Assembly: GCA_965219685.1 (NCBI GenBank)
Contig: CBDCOH010000002.1
Span: 544,001 to 608,000 of the forward strand
DNA from: Candidatus Spongiisociaceae bacterium
GTDB lineage: Bacteria > Actinomycetota > Acidimicrobiia > Spongiisociales > Spongiisociaceae
Direction: 5' to 3'
DNA length: 64,000 nucleotides
Below, one piece after another: positions 10,740-22,519 of the stretch. A model generated the notes under the pieces. That model was not told the DNA's origin. It saw only the letters and a list, made by a program, of their open reading frames with translations, and searched no databases. The position numbers and the translations under genes were made by a program. Each line of letters opens with the position of its first letter. Position 1 is the first letter of the stretch.

Positions 10740-10793
10740 CTGGGAACTCCGATAGAAAAGGATACAGGGATAACCGAATCCATCCATCACCCA

Positions 10794-12536
10794 CTACCTC
10801 ACAATTGCGAGGACCTCGTCGTTGCGGACGGTGTCGCCAGGTTGGACCCGGAGTTCGATCAGTTCGCCGTCGATCGGGCTGGTGATCTCGTTCTCCATCT
10901 TCATGGCCTCGAGCACGCAGATCTGCTGGTCGGCGTTCACCCGGTCGCCGGCCTTGACGGAGACCTTCACGATGGTGCCCTGCATCGGGGAAACCACTAT
11001 TCCAGGCTCGCTGGACAGCGGCGCGGCCCCCGTACGCCGGGTGGGCGGCTTGCGCGACGGGCGGTCCCCGCCTGCGGGCGTGGATACCTCGGGCACCCAG
11101 TAGGTCACGTCGAAGCGCCGCCCTCCCACCTCCACGGTCATCGCCTTCCTGGCCCTGGCCTGCTCGCTCGGCACCGCATCGCCGCGATCGAATGGTTCGG
11201 GGGTCAGGTTCATCTCGTCCTCGACGAACCGGGTATGAGCCTCTCCGGCTACGAACGTGGGGTGGGAGAGCACGGCCCGATGGGCTGGGATGGTGGTGGC
11301 GACACCTGCCACCCGGTACTCGTCCAGGGCCCGTCTGGCTCGGGCTATGGCCTCGGCCCTCGTCCGGCCCCACACGACTAGCTTGGCCATGAGGTTGTCG
11401 TAGTACTGGCTCACGGTGGTTCCGGGCACGATCCACGAGTCCACCCTCACACCGGGCCCGCCCGGTTCCCTGTACTCGGTCACCGTCCCCGGGGTCGGGC
11501 GGAAGTCGTTGCCGGGATCCTCGGCGTTGATGCGCAACTCGATGGCGTGTCCGTTGACGGGTAGATCGCCGAATGAGACCGGCTCACCCGAGGCGACCGA
11601 CAACTGCTCGGCGACCAGGTCGACTCCTGTCACCATCTCCGTCACGGTGTGCTCCACCTGGAGCCGGGTGTTCATCTCGAGGAAGTAGAAGCTGCCGTCG
11701 GGATTCAGCAGGAACTCCACCGTCCCCGCGTTGAGATAGCCGCACGCCTCGGCAACCGCCAGCGCAGCCTCACCAAGCGAACGGCGTCCCTCCGGGGAGA
11801 GCACCACGGACGGCGCCTCCTCGATCAGCTTCTGGTGCCGTCGTTGCACCGAGCAGTCCCGCTCACCCAGGAACCGGTAGTTGCCGTGGAGGTCGACCAT
11901 GATCTGGGCCTCGATATGCCGGGGGCCGGCCATGTAGGCCTCGAGGTACACGACCGGGTTCCCGAAGTAGGCGGCAGCCTCCCGCTGGGCGCCTTCGATG
12001 GCCTCTGCCAGCTCCCTTCGATTCTCGGCAACCCGTAGACCTTTACCACCGCCGCCGTGGGCGGCCTTGACGGCCACCGGGTAACCGATCCCGTCGGCTA
12101 CGTGCAGGGCGTCGTCGAAGCTCTCGACCGCATCCGTGGTTCCGGGTACCGGCGCCACTCCGGCACGCTCGGCCGTCCTGCGCGAGATGATCTTGTCGCC
12201 CATAGACTCGATTGCGGACGCCGGTGGCCCCACCCATGTGATGCCGGCCTCGGTTACCCGGCGGGCGAACGACGCGTTCTCGGCCAGGAAGCCGTATCCG
12301 GGATGGATGGCCTCGGCGCCTGCCTCCCTCGCAACCTCGACGATCCGCCGGGCGTTGAGGTACGACTCGGAGGCGGGCGCCCCGCCGATGTTCCAAGCCT
12401 CGTCGGCCAACTGTACGTGGAGCGCATCACGGTCCAGTTCCGAATAGACCGCGATCGTGCGCATGCCCAGTTCGCGGGCCGTGCGGATCACCCGGACCGC
12501 GATCTCGCCGCGGTTGGCGACGAGCAGGGAGTTCAC
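10794..12536 (-). CDS. Acyl-CoA carboxylase alpha subunit (biotin carboxylase + BCCP)
   Basis: ANRGEIA, HPGYGFLAEN, RDCSVQRRHQK, EMNTRLQVEH, EAMKM biotinyl motif; GTG 12536 is the likely start. Confidence 0.96.
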   Translation of the reverse strand: MNSLLVANRGEIAVRVIRTARELGMRTIAVYSELDRDALHVQLADEAWNIGGAPASESYLNARRIVEVAREAGAEAIHPGYGFLAENASFARRVTEAGITWVGPPASAIESMGDKIISRRTAERAGVAPVPGTTDAVESFDDALHVADGIGYPVAVKAAHGGGGKGLRVAENRRELAEAIEGAQREAAAYFGNPVVYLEAYMAGPRHIEAQIMVDLHGNYRFLGERDCSVQRRHQKLIEEAPSVVLSPEGRRSLGEAALAVAEACGYLNAGTVEFLLNPDGSFYFLEMNTRLQVEHTVTEMVTGVDLVAEQLSVASGEPVSFGDLPVNGHAIELRINAEDPGNDFRPTPGTVTEYREPGGPGVRVDSWIVPGTTVSQYYDNLMAKLVVWGRTRAEAIARARRALDEYRVAGVATTIPAHRAVLSHPTFVAGEAHTRFVEDEMNLTPEPFDRGDAVPSEQARARKAMTVEVGGRRFDVTYWVPEVSTPAGGDRPSRKPPTRRTGAAPLSSEPGIVVSPMQGTIVKVSVKAGDRVNADQQICVLEAMKMENEITSPIDGELIELRVQPGDTVRNDEVLAIVR

Positions 12537-12660
12537 GAGGTTTCCGTGCGCAGTGGCGAGGAGAGAGAGCATTTCATGGCGGGCGGTCGAGACAGGGGGC
12601 CGCCGGATGGCGGTGCTGGGAAGGGTCGTGGTCTCGCAGGCATGTCTTGTCGTGGCGGTC

Positions 12661-14211
12661 TCAGAGGGGGATGTTTCCGTGCTTCTTGGGCGGGAGGGTG
12701 TCCCGCTTGTTCCGCAACATCTCGAACGCCTTTATCAGCCGGGGACGGGTCTCACGCGGTTCGATCACGTTGTCGACCAACCCCAGTTCCGAGGCGACGT
12801 AGGGGTTGGCGAACCGGCGCTCGTACTCATCGACCAGCGAACTGCGGCGTTCCTCGGGATCGGCGGCGGTGGTTATCTCCCTGCGGTGGATGATATTGAC
12901 GGCTCCTTGCGCACCCATGACCGCGATCTCGGCCGACGGCCACGCGTACACGAGGTCGGCTCCGACTCCGCGGGCGTTCATAACCAGGTAGGCGCCGCCG
13001 TACGACTTGCGGGTGATGACCGTGACCCGGGGTACCGAGGCCTCGCAATAGGCGTAGAGGAGCTTGGCGCCGTGCCGGATGATGCCGCCGTGTTCCTGCT
13101 CCACTCCGGGCAGGAAGCCGGGAACGTCCACAAACGTGCAGATCGGTACGTTGAAGGCGTCGCACACCCTGACGAACCGGGCGGCCTTCTCCGATGCCCT
13201 GATGTCGAGAGTCCCCGCCAGGTGGGACGGTTGGTTGGCGACGATGCCCGTCGAGTAGCCGTTCAGCCGGGCGAAGCCGACGACGATGTTCTTCGCCCAG
13301 TGTTCGTGAACCTCGTAGAACTCCCCGTCGTCCACGACCGCCTCGATGATGTCCACCATGTCGTAGGGTTGGTTGGGAGAGTCGGGGATCATGGAGTCGA
13401 GCCCGTTGTCCACGCGGTCAGGCGAGTCGACCGGGGCGAAGTAGGGGGCCGGCTCCATGTTGTTCTGGGGTAGGAACGACAGCAGGTAACGCACTTCACC
13501 GAGGGCCGCTTCGCCTGAGGTGCACACGAAGTGGGTCACGCCCGACGTGGTGGCGTGGGTGGCGGCGCCCCCCAGCGCCTCGAAGGTCACGTCCTCCCCG
13601 GTGACCGCCTTGATCACGTCGGGCCCGGTGATGAACATGTGGCTGGTGCCGTCCACCTGGTAGACGAAGTCCGTGATGGCGGGGGAGTAGACCGCTCCGC
13701 CGGCGCAGGGGCCCATGATCACCGAGATCTGGGGGATCACGCCCGAGGCGCGTACGTTGCGGTAGAAGATCCTCCCGTAGCCGTCGAGGGCTTGAACACC
13801 TTCCTGGATGCGAGCCCCGCCCGAGTCCTTGAGCCCGATGACGGGAGCCCCGACCTTCATGGCCATGTCCATAACTTTGGTGATCTTGTCGGCGACCGCT
13901 TTGCCGAGACTGCCACCGAACACGGTGAAGTCCTCCGCGAAGAGGAAGACGGTGCGCCCATCGATGGTCCCGTATCCGGTGACCACCGCGTCTCCCAGGG
14001 GTCGCCGATCCTCGATGCCGAAGCCACGCGACTGGTGGCGTACGAAAGTGTCGGTCTCCTGGAAACTGTCCTTGTCGAGCAACAGGCCTATACGCTCGCG
14101 GGCCGTCATCTTCCCCCGCTCGTGCTGGCGGTCGAAGGCGCGCCGGCTCCCGGGCGCTTCGGCCTGCCGGCGGAGTTCGCGGAGTTGTTCTATCCGTTGT
14201 TCGGTGCCCAC
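12661..14211 (-). CDS. pccB: Propionyl/acyl-CoA carboxylase carboxyltransferase beta subunit
   Basis: SGGARIQEG, GPCAGGAVY, DVPGFLPG, KKHGNIPL; AAGGTGAG RBS before GTG 14211. Confidence 0.95.
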   Translation of the reverse strand: MGTEQRIEQLRELRRQAEAPGSRRAFDRQHERGKMTARERIGLLLDKDSFQETDTFVRHQSRGFGIEDRRPLGDAVVTGYGTIDGRTVFLFAEDFTVFGGSLGKAVADKITKVMDMAMKVGAPVIGLKDSGGARIQEGVQALDGYGRIFYRNVRASGVIPQISVIMGPCAGGAVYSPAITDFVYQVDGTSHMFITGPDVIKAVTGEDVTFEALGGAATHATTSGVTHFVCTSGEAALGEVRYLLSFLPQNNMEPAPYFAPVDSPDRVDNGLDSMIPDSPNQPYDMVDIIEAVVDDGEFYEVHEHWAKNIVVGFARLNGYSTGIVANQPSHLAGTLDIRASEKAARFVRVCDAFNVPICTFVDVPGFLPGVEQEHGGIIRHGAKLLYAYCEASVPRVTVITRKSYGGAYLVMNARGVGADLVYAWPSAEIAVMGAQGAVNIIHRREITTAADPEERRSSLVDEYERRFANPYVASELGLVDNVIEPRETRPRLIKAFEMLRNKRDTLPPKKHGNIPL

Positions 14212-14342
14212 ATACTCACCTTTGCTGCTAAGGCTGGCGTCGGACGATCGAGAGGGTGCAAGCAAACGCACCGGCACGGTCCACGATAGGCGCGAGAATC
14301 GCCAGAGACGATTTCCCGATCTAGGCGGCCCGACACGTGCTT

Positions 14343-14425
14343 CATCCCCATTCCCGCCGTCCCTTAGACCCCCGGGGCCGAACGATGGCTACACCCACGG
14401 GGGTTTCTCCGGTCAAATGGGGATG
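14343..14425. other. Nested inverted repeat (possible structured element) in the divergent pccB-birA spacer
   Basis: CATCCCCATT (14343-52) pairs with AATGGGGATG (14416-25); AGACCCCCG (14366-74) pairs with CGGGGGTTT (14398-406). Confidence 0.5.
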
Positions 14426-14472
14426 GATAACATCCGAGGAGCCCCGACCACCGACCACCTGGCACCTGACCA

Positions 14473-15168
14473 ATGTCCAAGCCTTACGAGACGCTGGTTC
14501 TCGAACAGACCACTTCCACCCAGGACGAGGTGCGAAGGCGAATCGACTCCCTTCCGGTGTTGGTGGTCGCCGGTTACCAGACCAAGGGAAGGGGGAGAAC
14601 CGGTGCCGATTGGGTCAACGCGCCGAGGGCTCTGGCCGCCTCGATCGGGTTGCGGCCTGCCTGGCCGTCACCGTCGTGGCCGCTGATCACGCTCGTAGCA
14701 GGCGTAGCAGCCCTTCGATCACTCGGTCGAGCCGCGGCAGGGCTGTCGCTCAAATGGCCCAACGATCTCATGAAGGGCGACGACAAGCTCGGCGGCATCC
14801 TCACCGAGGCTTCGGGCGGGTCGGTGATCGTAGGGTGGGGCGCCAACCTCCACTGGCCTGACCCTCCCGCCGGTAGAGGTGCTGTCTATGCGAGCGATCC
14901 CGGTCCTGACGTGGCGCAAGGCATAGCGGGCCGGTGGGCTGACGGTCTCCTCGGCCTCATGGCGAGTGGTCCGGATGGCTGGCCCTACCACGACTACCGC
15001 CGTCGGTGCTCGACCCTGGGTCGGGAGGTCACATGGAGGCCGAACGGCGTGGGTCGGGCTGTGGACATCTCGCCGGCGGGAGGCTTGGTGGTAGCCACCC
15101 CGGCAGGACGGACAACCCTCGTCTCGGGGTCGGTCTCGGAGGTCCGGCACCGTGGTAGTGAGTGGTGA
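14473..15168 (+). CDS. birA: Biotin-[acetyl-CoA carboxylase] ligase (no HTH)
   Basis: STQD, QTKGRGR, KWPND, KLGGILTE. Confidence 0.93.
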   Translation: MSKPYETLVLEQTTSTQDEVRRRIDSLPVLVVAGYQTKGRGRTGADWVNAPRALAASIGLRPAWPSPSWPLITLVAGVAALRSLGRAAAGLSLKWPNDLMKGDDKLGGILTEASGGSVIVGWGANLHWPDPPAGRGAVYASDPGPDVAQGIAGRWADGLLGLMASGPDGWPYHDYRRRCSTLGREVTWRPNGVGRAVDISPAGGLVVATPAGRTTLVSGSVSEVRHRGSEW

Positions 15169-15349
15169 GTAGTGAGTAGTGATGGGTTAGAGCATCCACC
15201 ATTCACGATTCACGATTCACGATTCACGATTCACGATTCACGATTCACGATTCACGATTCACGATTCACGATTCACGATTTACCATTCACGATTCACGAT
15301 TCACGATTCACGATTCACGATTCACCATTCACCATTCACCATTCACCAT
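15155..15349. repeat. Paired heptamer arrays: (GTGAGTR)x4 then about 21 x ATTCACG/ATTCACC
   Basis: Directly visible; the two arrays are near reverse complements separated by about 14 nt. Confidence 0.95.
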
Positions 15350-15415
15350 CTACAATGATCGAGGTTCGACAATAGGAAGGTCGGACCTCAGGCAACCGCA
15401 GGCTCGGGAGGTGGT

Positions 15416-16156
15416 GTGGCGGTTCTCCAGCATGAGGGGACCATCGAGATCCTCTACCGCGAATTCGCGATGCCCACCGGCGCCCGGTTCACCGAGGGGT
15501 ATTTGGCTCGCCCGGACCGGATCGGGTCCTACCCGTTGGTTGTCCTGCTTCCACCGCTGCGAGGGATCACCCCCTTTGTCAAGGATCTGGCCCGCCGGTT
15601 GGCCAGAAACCGCTACGCGGTGCTGGTCCCCGACCTCACCCGTGGCGCCCACCCCGGGGATGAGGCATCCTTCGACGAGTTGGTCGCCGCCTACCGTCGA
15701 GTACGCGGCCGCCGTGCTCTGGCCGACATAGACGACGCGGTCGCCTTCGCTTTCAACGATCCGGCCGGTTGGGCGAGGGAGGACAAGATCGGTGTGGTCG
15801 GCATCGACGTCGGGGGCCGGTTCGCGATCACCTATGCAGCCCACCGTCGGCGTCTGGTCGGGGCACTCTGCGTCGCCTACGCCCCGCTCGCGGGGGACGA
15901 GGACCGCGATTTGCAGGTGGCCGACGCGTTGGGGATGTTGCCGATGGCGGTCCTAGGCCTCTACGGCGCCGAGGATGAGTTGGTCCCTGCCGAAGGAGTG
16001 GACGAGGCGCAGCGACGCAATCGGCACGGCAAGTGGATCCTCTACGAGGGGGTCGGGCATGACTTTCTCGACGACGACTCTGCTTCGTACCATCACGGCG
16101 CGGCAGGCGACATGATCTCCCGTCTCCTGGCGCTGCTCGCGGCGACCCTCGGATAG
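15416..16156 (+). CDS. Dienelactone hydrolase-family alpha/beta hydrolase with Asp at the nucleophile elbow
   Basis: GYLARP, ARRLARNRYAVLVPDL, GIDVGG (normally GFCxGG), YGAEDELV, YEGVGHDF. Confidence 0.85.
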   Translation: MAVLQHEGTIEILYREFAMPTGARFTEGYLARPDRIGSYPLVVLLPPLRGITPFVKDLARRLARNRYAVLVPDLTRGAHPGDEASFDELVAAYRRVRGRRALADIDDAVAFAFNDPAGWAREDKIGVVGIDVGGRFAITYAAHRRRLVGALCVAYAPLAGDEDRDLQVADALGMLPMAVLGLYGAEDELVPAEGVDEAQRRNRHGKWILYEGVGHDFLDDDSASYHHGAAGDMISRLLALLAATLG

Positions 16157-16167
16157 GAGCTTCTCCC

Positions 16168-17088
16168 ATGCGCATATCGATCATGTTCGGTTCTGACGCC
16201 CTGGGAATCCTTCGGCCCCCCGACCAAGTGGCAGAGGACGCAGTCGCAGCCGAGAAGGAAGGCTTCGCCTCGGCTTGGTGCACGCACATCACCCGCGGGA
16301 TCGACTCCCTCACCACGCTGGCGGTCGCCGCCCGGGCCACGTCGCGGATCGAACTCGGGGTCGGCGTGGTGCCCAGCTACCCGCGCCATCCGATGGCTCT
16401 GGCCCAGTCCGCCGCCACGCTCCAGGCGCTGGCAGGAGGACGGTTCGTCCTGGGAGTGGGGGTGTCCCACCGCCCGGTGATCGAGGGGATGCACGGGCTC
16501 GACTACTCCAGCCAGATAGGTCACCTGCGCGAGTACCTGACGGTCCTGAACGGCTTGCTGACCGACGGCTCTGTCAGCTTCGAGGGGGAGCACTACCGGG
16601 TACATGGTGAGTTCACGGTTCCGGGAACCTCCGCGGTGCCGGTGATAGTGGGCGCTCTCGCAGAGCGGATGTGCCGGCTGGGGGGCGAGATGGCCGACGG
16701 TGTGACCACCTGGCTGGCAGGTCCGAAGTCGCTCGAGGAGGTGGTGGTCCCCGCGGTCACCGATGGGGCCGAGGAAGCCGGGAAGCCCCCACCTAGGGTG
16801 CTGGCCGGGATTCCGGTGGCGGTCGATCCGGACCCCGACCGGGCACACGAGGCGACCGCCCGGGTGTTCGGTCGCTACGGCATGCTCGTCAACTACCGCC
16901 GACTCTTCGAGCGGGAGGGTGTAGACGGACCGGTTGGCCTGGCGATCACCGGGAACGCGAGCACCGTTACGGCCCGCATACAGGATCTCTTCGATGCCGG
17001 CGCCACCGACGTGTGGGCCGTGCCCTTCGACACGGGATGTGGTACCGGCGCAACCAGGGAGCTCCTACTCGACCTAGCAAGGTCGTGA
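16168..17088 (+). CDS. LLM-class, probably F420-dependent oxidoreductase
   Basis: AEKEGFASAW, TSRIELGVGVVP, PRHPMALAQ, GRFVLGVGVSH. Confidence 0.88.
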   Translation: MRISIMFGSDALGILRPPDQVAEDAVAAEKEGFASAWCTHITRGIDSLTTLAVAARATSRIELGVGVVPSYPRHPMALAQSAATLQALAGGRFVLGVGVSHRPVIEGMHGLDYSSQIGHLREYLTVLNGLLTDGSVSFEGEHYRVHGEFTVPGTSAVPVIVGALAERMCRLGGEMADGVTTWLAGPKSLEEVVVPAVTDGAEEAGKPPPRVLAGIPVAVDPDPDRAHEATARVFGRYGMLVNYRRLFEREGVDGPVGLAITGNASTVTARIQDLFDAGATDVWAVPFDTGCGTGATRELLLDLARS

Positions 17089-17208
17089 GTGGTGAGTGGT
17101 GAGTGGTGAGTGGTGAGTTGTGAATGGTGAGTGGCGAGTAGTGACTTAGACTACCACAACCAACAACTAACAACTAACAACTAACAACTAACAACTAACA
17201 ACTAACAA

Positions 17209-17215
<7 letters not shown>
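17085..17215. repeat. Paired heptamer arrays: (GTGAGTG)x~8 and (AACAACT)x~8 between convergent genes
   Basis: Directly visible; each array contains the stop codon of its flanking gene. Confidence 0.95.
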
Positions 17216-19753
<2,538 letters not shown>

Positions 19754-19953
19754 TTATCGACCGAGAACTCCCGACGGTCGTCTCAGGGTGGGCGCCGTAC
19801 GAGCCTCATCCCACACCGGCGTGCCTCTGGTATCTGTCAGCCATGGATTGTACCCGAACGACCGGTGAGGACTGCCCGCTCCCGGCCCTTAGGCCCGTGC
19901 TGTCGGTTCCACTCCCTTCCTCGCCGGTTGTCTGACAAGTAAGGTAGGTAGGG

Positions 19954-20358
19954 ATGTATATGAACCTCACCACGCTGGCGATCGCCCTCTCACCGACCAC
20001 GATCATGGTCGCGTTTATCATTTTCGGGTTGCGAAGCCTTCGCAACGACCTGAATATGGGGTTGGCGCGGTTGGACAGCAGGATGGACCGGTTGGACAGC
20101 AGGATGGACCGGTTCGACAAGAGGATGGGCCGGTTCGACGGGCGGATGGACCGGTTCGAGAACAGACTGAACGGGTTCGACGACAAGATCGACGAGGACC
20201 GGGAGGGAAACCGCAGATCTTTCGAGAAACTGTTCGGGATGGTAGGCGAACTCTCAGAGCGGGTCGCCAGGATCGAGGGCTACCTGAGCGCCCTGCCGTT
20301 CGTCTCCGGCGCCGAGATCGCCTCCAACGTGCCTCAAGAGCCGACCCCGATCAGGTGA
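19954..20358 (+). CDS. Small membrane-anchored coiled-coil protein with 7-aa repeats (CCDC90/DUF1640-like architecture)
   Basis: N-terminal hydrophobic helix; 5 x 21-bp units at 20068-20172 (RLDSRMD); ERVARIEG; AGGTAGG RBS-like sequence. Confidence 0.7.
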   Translation: MYMNLTTLAIALSPTTIMVAFIIFGLRSLRNDLNMGLARLDSRMDRLDSRMDRFDKRMGRFDGRMDRFENRLNGFDDKIDEDREGNRRSFEKLFGMVGELSERVARIEGYLSALPFVSGAEIASNVPQEPTPIR

Positions 20359-20439
20359 TCAGGCCCTCTCGGCAGAGGGGCTATCCACCCGGACCCGCCG
20401 CCTCGGGGCAGCTTCGTAGGCGCTAGGGCGAAGCCCGTA

Positions 20440-20484
20440 ACCATTCACGATTCACCATTCACGATTCACCACTCACCACTCACC
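20440..20484. repeat. Heptamer array (CCATTCA/CGATTCA/CCACTCA)x6
   Basis: Visible; contains the stop of the minus-strand acyl-CoA ligase. Confidence 0.9.
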
Positions 20485-22519
20485 CGCCTACGTACACCTT
20501 CCAGTCCACGGCCACTGCTTCGGACTCCGTGACCATCACCGGGTTCAGGTCGATCTCGCCGATATCCGGGCAGGTTGCCATCAGGCGGCCGACCGCGGTG
20601 ATGGCATCGGCCAACCCCTCGATGCTGGCGCGCGGCGCTCCCCGGTAACCGCACAGCAGCGGGAACCCCTGCAGCCGCTCTATCATCCCCACCGCTTCTT
20701 CGATGGTCACGGGCGCCAGGGCGAAGGTCACGTCCTCGAGCAGTTCCACCACGGTCCCGCCCAGCCCGGTCATAACTACCGGTCCGAATGCCGGATCCCT
20801 CAGCCCGCCGACCACCATCTCGACGCCGGTCAGTTGCGGCTGCACCAGTACCGCAGTTCCCAGACGGGAGAGGTCTCGGTACGCGTCGGCGACCTCCTCG
20901 AGGGTGGCGAGGCCGACGTGGACTCCGCCGACGTCGGCTCGATGCTCGATGGAGGGCTCGGCGGTCTTCACCACCACCGCTCCGCCGGCCTCCGCCGCCG
21001 CAGATAGTGCTTCGTTCTCGTCGTGGCAGATCCGGCTCTCCACGGTGCTGATCCCGAATTCCGAGAGGAGAGCAGCAGCCTGCGCAGGCGGGACCGGCCC
21101 GGCGGGAAGTTCCAGCCGCCTGCGAGGGGGCAGCTCCGGGCGGGGGATGATCCGGTGCCGGTTGGTGGCGTATCGCACCGCGTGGCCGACTGACCGGGCG
21201 GTCGGTTCCGGCCACTCGAGGCACGGGATCCCGGCTGCCTGAAGAACGTCGGCTTTGAACCTCTCCGCGCGCGGGGCGACCCAGCAGCAGTAGACCGGTA
21301 CCGCATTCCCGTCGTCCCGCAGGTCGGCGACGGTGTTGCGGACACCGGTCACCGTGGCTTCGTCCATCGCTGCTCTCTGCAGGAGTACCGGGATGACCAG
21401 GTCCACCTCGCCGGACCGTGCGAGGGTGTCGACCAGCCACGGGTAGAGCTCCGCGAACCGCGGCCAGATCGGGGTGATGTCGACCGGATTGCGGGGACTT
21501 GCGAATGGGGGGATCCGGTCCGCTATCCGCGCCTGCAGGCGGGCCGACAGTTCCGGCACCTCAACCCCTTCGGCTGCCAGGATGTCCACGAGTTCCACAC
21601 CGGTCCCGCCCGAGTTGGTGATGATCGCAGCCCGGTTACCTCCCGGCAGGGGCTGGCCGGCCAGCAGGCGGGCCACGTCGAGCATCTCCAGGCCGGTACG
21701 AACGGTTACGGCGCCCGCCTGGCGCATGGCGGCCCGGAAGATCGCATCGTCGGTCCCGAGCGAGCCCGTGTGGGACCGGGCCGCCCGGGCTCCCGCCTCC
21801 GAGCGACCGGTCTTGGCGACGATGACCGGCGTGGTGGGGGCCGCTTCGCGGATCGCAGCCGCAAGCTCGGCGCCGTCGGTCACCGACTCGGCGAGCAGGC
21901 AGATGATGTTCGTGTCAGGGTCGGTATGGAGGTATCTGATCGCCTCGTGGTCCCCGATGTCGGCCTTGTTCCCCGACGAGTACACCTTGCCGAAACGCAG
22001 GTGCTCGTCCGGGGCCATAGCGTGGATAGCCATCCCGTACGCACCCGACTGGGTGATCAGGGCGATCCCTCCCGGTTCGTGGGAACCGGCGGCCGTCATC
22101 GAGGCGTTGAGACCCACGGCCATGTTCTGGACTCCGAAGCAGTTGGGGCCGACGATCCGCACCGGGCCTGCCGCCTCCACCAACTCGGCCTGGAGAGCGG
22201 TCCCCTCCTCGCCGATCTCGGCGAACCCGCCGGCCAGAACCACTATTGCCCCGACCCCCTTCACCGCGGCCTGGCGGGCGACTGTCGGCGTCGCGCGTGC
22301 AGGTACGACCAGCACCGCCAGGTCGACATCTCCATCGACCTCGGTCAGGGACCGCGCCGCCGGAACACCACCCACCGAAGGTGACGAGGAGGTGACCGGG
22401 ACGACCTCGCCGTCGAAGTCCGCGAGGTTGCGCCACACGACGGTACCCACCTTTCCGGGGCGATCCGAGGCGCCTACGACCGCCACACGGGCCGGATTGA
22501 ACACCGCGTCGAGGGTCAA
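20480..22519 (-). CDS. Acetate-CoA ligase (ADP-forming) family, fused alpha/beta
   Basis: VAVVGAS, GPNCFG, TQSGAYG, GNKAD, SHTGSL phospho-His, NPVD, ATP-grasp FGPVVMTGLGG, EIDLNP. Confidence 0.92.
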   Translation of the reverse strand: MTLDAVFNPARVAVVGASDRPGKVGTVVWRNLADFDGEVVPVTSSSPSVGGVPAARSLTEVDGDVDLAVLVVPARATPTVARQAAVKGVGAIVVLAGGFAEIGEEGTALQAELVEAAGPVRIVGPNCFGVQNMAVGLNASMTAAGSHEPGGIALITQSGAYGMAIHAMAPDEHLRFGKVYSSGNKADIGDHEAIRYLHTDPDTNIICLLAESVTDGAELAAAIREAAPTTPVIVAKTGRSEAGARAARSHTGSLGTDDAIFRAAMRQAGAVTVRTGLEMLDVARLLAGQPLPGGNRAAIITNSGGTGVELVDILAAEGVEVPELSARLQARIADRIPPFASPRNPVDITPIWPRFAELYPWLVDTLARSGEVDLVIPVLLQRAAMDEATVTGVRNTVADLRDDGNAVPVYCCWVAPRAERFKADVLQAAGIPCLEWPEPTARSVGHAVRYATNRHRIIPRPELPPRRRLELPAGPVPPAQAAALLSEFGISTVESRICHDENEALSAAAEAGGAVVVKTAEPSIEHRADVGGVHVGLATLEEVADAYRDLSRLGTAVLVQPQLTGVEMVVGGLRDPAFGPVVMTGLGGTVVELLEDVTFALAPVTIEEAVGMIERLQGFPLLCGYRGAPRASIEGLADAITAVGRLMATCPDIGEIDLNPVMVTESEAVAVDWKVYVGG

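Noticed and set aside
12537-12660. Acyl-CoA carboxylase epsilon subunit between pccB and the alpha subunit
   Set aside because: No ORF with a recognisable epsilon-subunit pattern.
15155-15349. Repeat arrays as CRISPR
   Set aside because: Head-to-tail 7-mers with no spacers; no cas genes in the window.
15172-15375. ORF with FTIHDSR repeats (also 45588-46103, 52678-53190)
   Set aside because: Translation of the heptamer arrays, not a credible protein.
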